A stretch of 40,286 bases of DNA from Paecilomyces variotii. Lineage: Eukaryota. The DNA lies in NCBI GenBank assembly GCA_004022145.1, contig RCNU01000018.1; one strand, 5' to 3'. A program made the position numbers and the translations under genes. The notes below the pieces were generated by a model. The model was not told the origin of the DNA. It did not search any database and worked only from the letters and a program-made list of their open reading frames with translations. Of the stretch, positions 36,564 to 40,286 are shown piece after piece; position 1 is the stretch's first letter, and each line of letters starts with the position of its first letter.

Positions 36564-37511
36564 TTAATTTTATATATATTTATATTTATTTTAAATTCTA
36601 ACTAGTATATTATACTTTAAAATTATTTAAAATAAGTAGCAGCAGCTCTAGAAGGATTAAACCTAGCATTTTAAAGATCTCTAATATATTTATAATTATT
36701 TATAATAATAACAAAGTATATTTAAATTTAATACGCTAATATTTGCTAATTTAATTAATATTTTAAATTATAAGTATATTACTACTACTGCGGCAAAGAA
36801 ATAGCGAAAAATACTATTTATTAAGGCTAATACTTTAAAAACTATAAAGCTTAGTATAAAATCTATAATCCTAAACTAGGTTCTAAAAGATCTATATAGA
36901 TTATATTAATTAATAATATAAATATTAAATCTTTATTAGTAAAACATTTACTAAATTAAAAATATAAGATATTAATTTTTATAAGAGCTAGGCCTTATAA
37001 TCTTTATATAGAACTTATAATTTTAAACTTTATTACTGCTCTAGATTTATCTTATAAATTTTCTGATTATTATATTATATTAGGCATAATTTTAAATAAG
37101 TATTATAAGCAGATTTTTAAAGAGGTTAATATTTTACTAAAGATTAGTAATTATTTAAATATTATTATTAATAAGACTATTAATATCTGCAATTAATAAA
37201 TTATTAATCTATTACTAATAAATAGAAAATACTTATTTTATTACTGCAGCTATAATATTAAGTCTTAAATAATAAATATAGATATAGTTATAAACTAGGT
37301 ATATAATAAGATAAAATTAATTCTAGGCAATAATCTTAATTAAAAAAAAATTAACTCCTTTACTAATAATACTTATAATATAATATAATTAGTATAGATA
37401 ATCTTATAGTAAATAGGAGAATTAAATTTAATTTTCTTTATATTATATAATTCTCACAGGCTTTAACTTTTACTAAAGAATATTCTTAAATTACTTAAAA
37501 TTATAGATATC

Positions 37512-40286
37512 TATTAAGGTGCGGGCTTAGAGAGCGGGTTAGAATAAATAGAATAAGGTAGTTAATACTAGGACTAGCTATAAGATCTCTACTTAGCTAA
37601 TTTAAACTAGAATAGGCTATTATAAATAGGCTTAATAAATAAAATATAGCTTAAAGAGCTTAAATTTAGATTAAGCTATATATTAAAGATATTTTTATAA
37701 GATTATATAACTTCTTATATAATTTAAAAGAGTTTAGACTTTACTTTTTTAGATTAAGTAAATATTAGTTAGTAGATTAATTATTCTATCTCTTATACTA
37801 GTACTATAATAATACTCCTCTTCTTAAAGTTAAGCTTTATTAAGACTATCTTTAGGCTTTAGCTTATTTAAGTAGTAATAATAGAAGTTTATAATAATCT
37901 TTTAAGTATATTATAAATAATATATAGGCTCTTTAATTAAGTTATTATAATCTAACTATTTAATAGTATATTATAGTTAAAGGCTTTTATACCTATAATA
38001 TTTCTATTAGAAGTTTAAAATATCTTTAATAACTTATTTTTTAAGATTATTAATTTTTATAAGTAGTAATAATAGTTATCTCTATTTAAGTATAGAGTCT
38101 TTAGTAATAAGATAAAGCAGGCTAATATTAAATATAAAATAAATATATATTAAGATAGATAAATTAAGCTAATAGATATATAGGCTAATAACTTTAATAA
38201 TATAAAATAAACTAAGATTCTTCTAATTAAATTTTTTCTAAAAGCGCTAAATATAGATATTTTAAGTATTTAATTAAATAAATTATCTTATATAATAATA
38301 GTAGGCTAAAGTTTAATAATAGTTAGTTTACTCTTTATAATAGGCTTAAGTAGTATAAATCTAAATATAGATATAATTTATAATATTTTATATCTTTTTA
38401 ATAAAGGCTTTAATATCTCTAATAGCAGGCTAGTTTATAGGCTAAATAAGCTTAAATCTTATATATAGATAGAATCTATAGTTAGTAAAAAAGAATAATA
38501 CTCTAATAATCTTAGAATAATAGGAGTTTAATATAAACTTAGCTAAAGATAGCTAGTTAACTTAATTATCTTATAGATAGCTAATATAAGCATATAAATA
38601 TTATTCTAAGACAGTATTTATTCTCTTAATCTAGCTATTAGTCTTAGAGTAATAAATAGTAAATAGCAGGTTTATAATATCTAAGTATTAGATTAAGTGT
38701 TTTTAGAAAGCAGTAATAAACTAAAGATTTTAATTAGATATTATAGTCTTTAATAGCCTATAAAGCTTCTATATATAATAGATATATAATTATGCTATTT
38801 CTTTAATATTATAAGTAGCCTAATAGAGAATAAAGTGCCTTATCTTTATAAATTAATCTATAATAATTAATATAGTATTATAACCTTAATAAGGCATAAG
38901 TTTAATAATAAAATCTATTAAGATATCTTACTAAAAATATTTAAAGATAAGAAGCTAGTATAAGACTTCTTAATAGCCTTTATTTAAAGGTATAATATAA
39001 TAGTAAATATAGTAATTCTAGGTCTAGCAATTTATATATTAATATATATTTAGCTAATAATACTCTTATAAGATTAAATTATAAAGCTTATATTTTTTAA
39101 GATATTTAAGTATATGCTTATTATAATATTCTTATAATAAATAAGCTTTTAGCTTATTATAATTAAGAATATATAGGCAGTCTCTATAATATAAGTATCT
39201 TCCTCTTTATTAATAATTAGCTAGTATAATCTTAAGATAATAATTAGCTTTATAATTTAAGGCTTATAGAATAGACTGTATTAAATTATTAAATAAATAA
39301 GCTATATCTAATAGGTTTTTAATATTAGATAAATATTCTAGTTTATTAGGTATAATAAGAAAACTTAATTAATTTTATTTAATAGGCTAAGCTATTTTTT
39401 TAATAGGCTAAATAGTCTTTTTAATAAATTAAATTATCTTTTTAACAGATTAAATAATTTTAATAAACTAGTTAAGCAATAAGATAGACTAAATAAATTC
39501 TCTAAGCTAAATAGATTAACTTTTTAGAATAAATTAAGTAAGTATTTCTATAGGTTTAATAAGATTTCTAATCTTTTAAGCTATTAGATTAGTAAAGTAA
39601 ATATACCTTACTATTTAACTTTTAGTAATAGCTTCTAGTTTTAGAGATCTTTAAATTTATAGGTTAAGGTTTTCTTTCTTTAAGACTATTTAGCTCTAAT
39701 ATTATAGTTATTTATCTCTCTCCTTAGAGAGATTCTCTAACCTCCTAATTAGAGTATTAGGCTTTATTTCTTATTTTTTAGGTTAATATATAATTTAGAA
39801 GTTAAACTAAGATAAGAACTTAGACTAATAGGCCTATTGCTAGTTTAATAGCTTAATTAATATAAAATATTTTAGATTATAATAGTCTGTAATAACTTTA
39901 ATTAATAATAATATACCTTTAAGCTTAGAATACTATTTTTTAAAGCAATAAATAATTATTAGCAGTTCTTTATTATAAATCTTATAATTATATTCTATAA
40001 TAAAGAGCTTTTTTAAAAAAAATATAATAAGATATAAGATTCCTTTATTATTATATTAAAATATAATTTTAGTTAATATATAATTAAATAAGTTAGTTTT
40101 AACTATAACCTTATAGGTTTAGTTAAATAGCTTTAGAATTAGGGCTTAAATAAATGCTTCTTTTAAGGCTTTAAAACTAGACTAATAGGTAAATATTTAA
40201 TTAAAAGGAACTCTCTTTTAAATTAAATTTATAAGTAGTGTAATTATCTTAAAAAAATTATAAATAAACTAATAATAAAAGTTTGC
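37512..40286 (-). mobile_element. Ty3/gypsy chromovirus LTR retrotransposon, RIPped, 3' part (3' LTR ~37512-37811); continues beyond the right edge
   Basis: PPT CTTTAAGAAGAGGAGTAT lies next to the LTR. De-RIPped motifs: chromodomain LQYTVKWLGY...EP (~37950), YQLDLP..M.IHPVF.VSLL (~38145), integrase HPETDGQTERMN.VLEQYLR (~38630) and LPLAEFAYN (~38540), RNase H NYEIYDKELL (~39975) and VETDSSDY (~40090), and ANFYRRFI at the window end. The RT-RH-INT-chromo order is gypsy. Confidence 0.9.

Larger units (their letters stand above)
31069..37511 (+). mobile_element. hAT-superfamily DNA transposon, RIPped; segments 31069-31307 and 36569-37511, interrupted by copia and gypsy insertions
   Basis: It begins TAGGGGTGGTG, with repeated subterminal (G)AAATTT(C) motifs. 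De-RIPped reading gives DETTD...RIINL (~37170), INSFTSDTCNTM (~37350) and CDSHGLQLLLKDIL (TATAATTCTCACAGGCTTTAACTTTTACTAAAGAATATTCTT, ~37446), the hAT/DUF659 CxxH region. The 3' TIR is not in the window. Confidence 0.72.
31069..40286. other. RIP-mutated AT-rich repeat block
   Basis: GC content drops abruptly. TpA is in strong excess, CpA/TpG are nearly absent, and no long ORFs remain. Recognisable transposon motifs differ from consensus by C>T/G>A changes. Confidence 0.95.

Noticed and set aside
31069..40286. AT-rich block as a mitochondrial insertion or contaminant
   Set aside because: LTRs, TSD, PBS/PPT and de-RIPped transposon motifs account for it, and the TpA excess with CpA/TpG loss is the RIP signature.

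Overview
Filamentous ascomycete (Eurotiales-like) genomic DNA in three zones. (1) 1-~6.3 kb is an accessory-looking patchwork. It holds the 5' 597 codons of an uninterrupted Upf1/DNA2-NAM7-type (SF1) helicase ORF on the minus strand, which runs off the left edge and is missing from the supplied ORF track. It also holds a decayed tandem copy of that locus, a Tc1/mariner transposase fragment and a copia LTR+PBS remnant. (2) ~10.2-29.7 kb carries six ordinary genes: a Zn2Cys6 transcription factor resembling SclB (with a ~7.7 kb gene-free upstream region), dbp10, rfa2/RPA32, a MATE transporter, a DUF202 membrane protein and a PTH11-like receptor. (3) 31,069 to the end is an extremely AT-rich, RIP-mutated block. 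It resolves into a hAT DNA transposon carrying two nested insertions: a full-length Ty1/copia element (275-bp LTRs, 5-bp TSD, non-canonical TG...CT ends) and a chromodomain-bearing Ty3/gypsy element that runs off the right edge. Intron boundaries and de-RIPped motifs were worked out by hand, family assignments are from motif recognition, and no searches were run. No clearly new biological system is demonstrated. The helicase locus is the best candidate.
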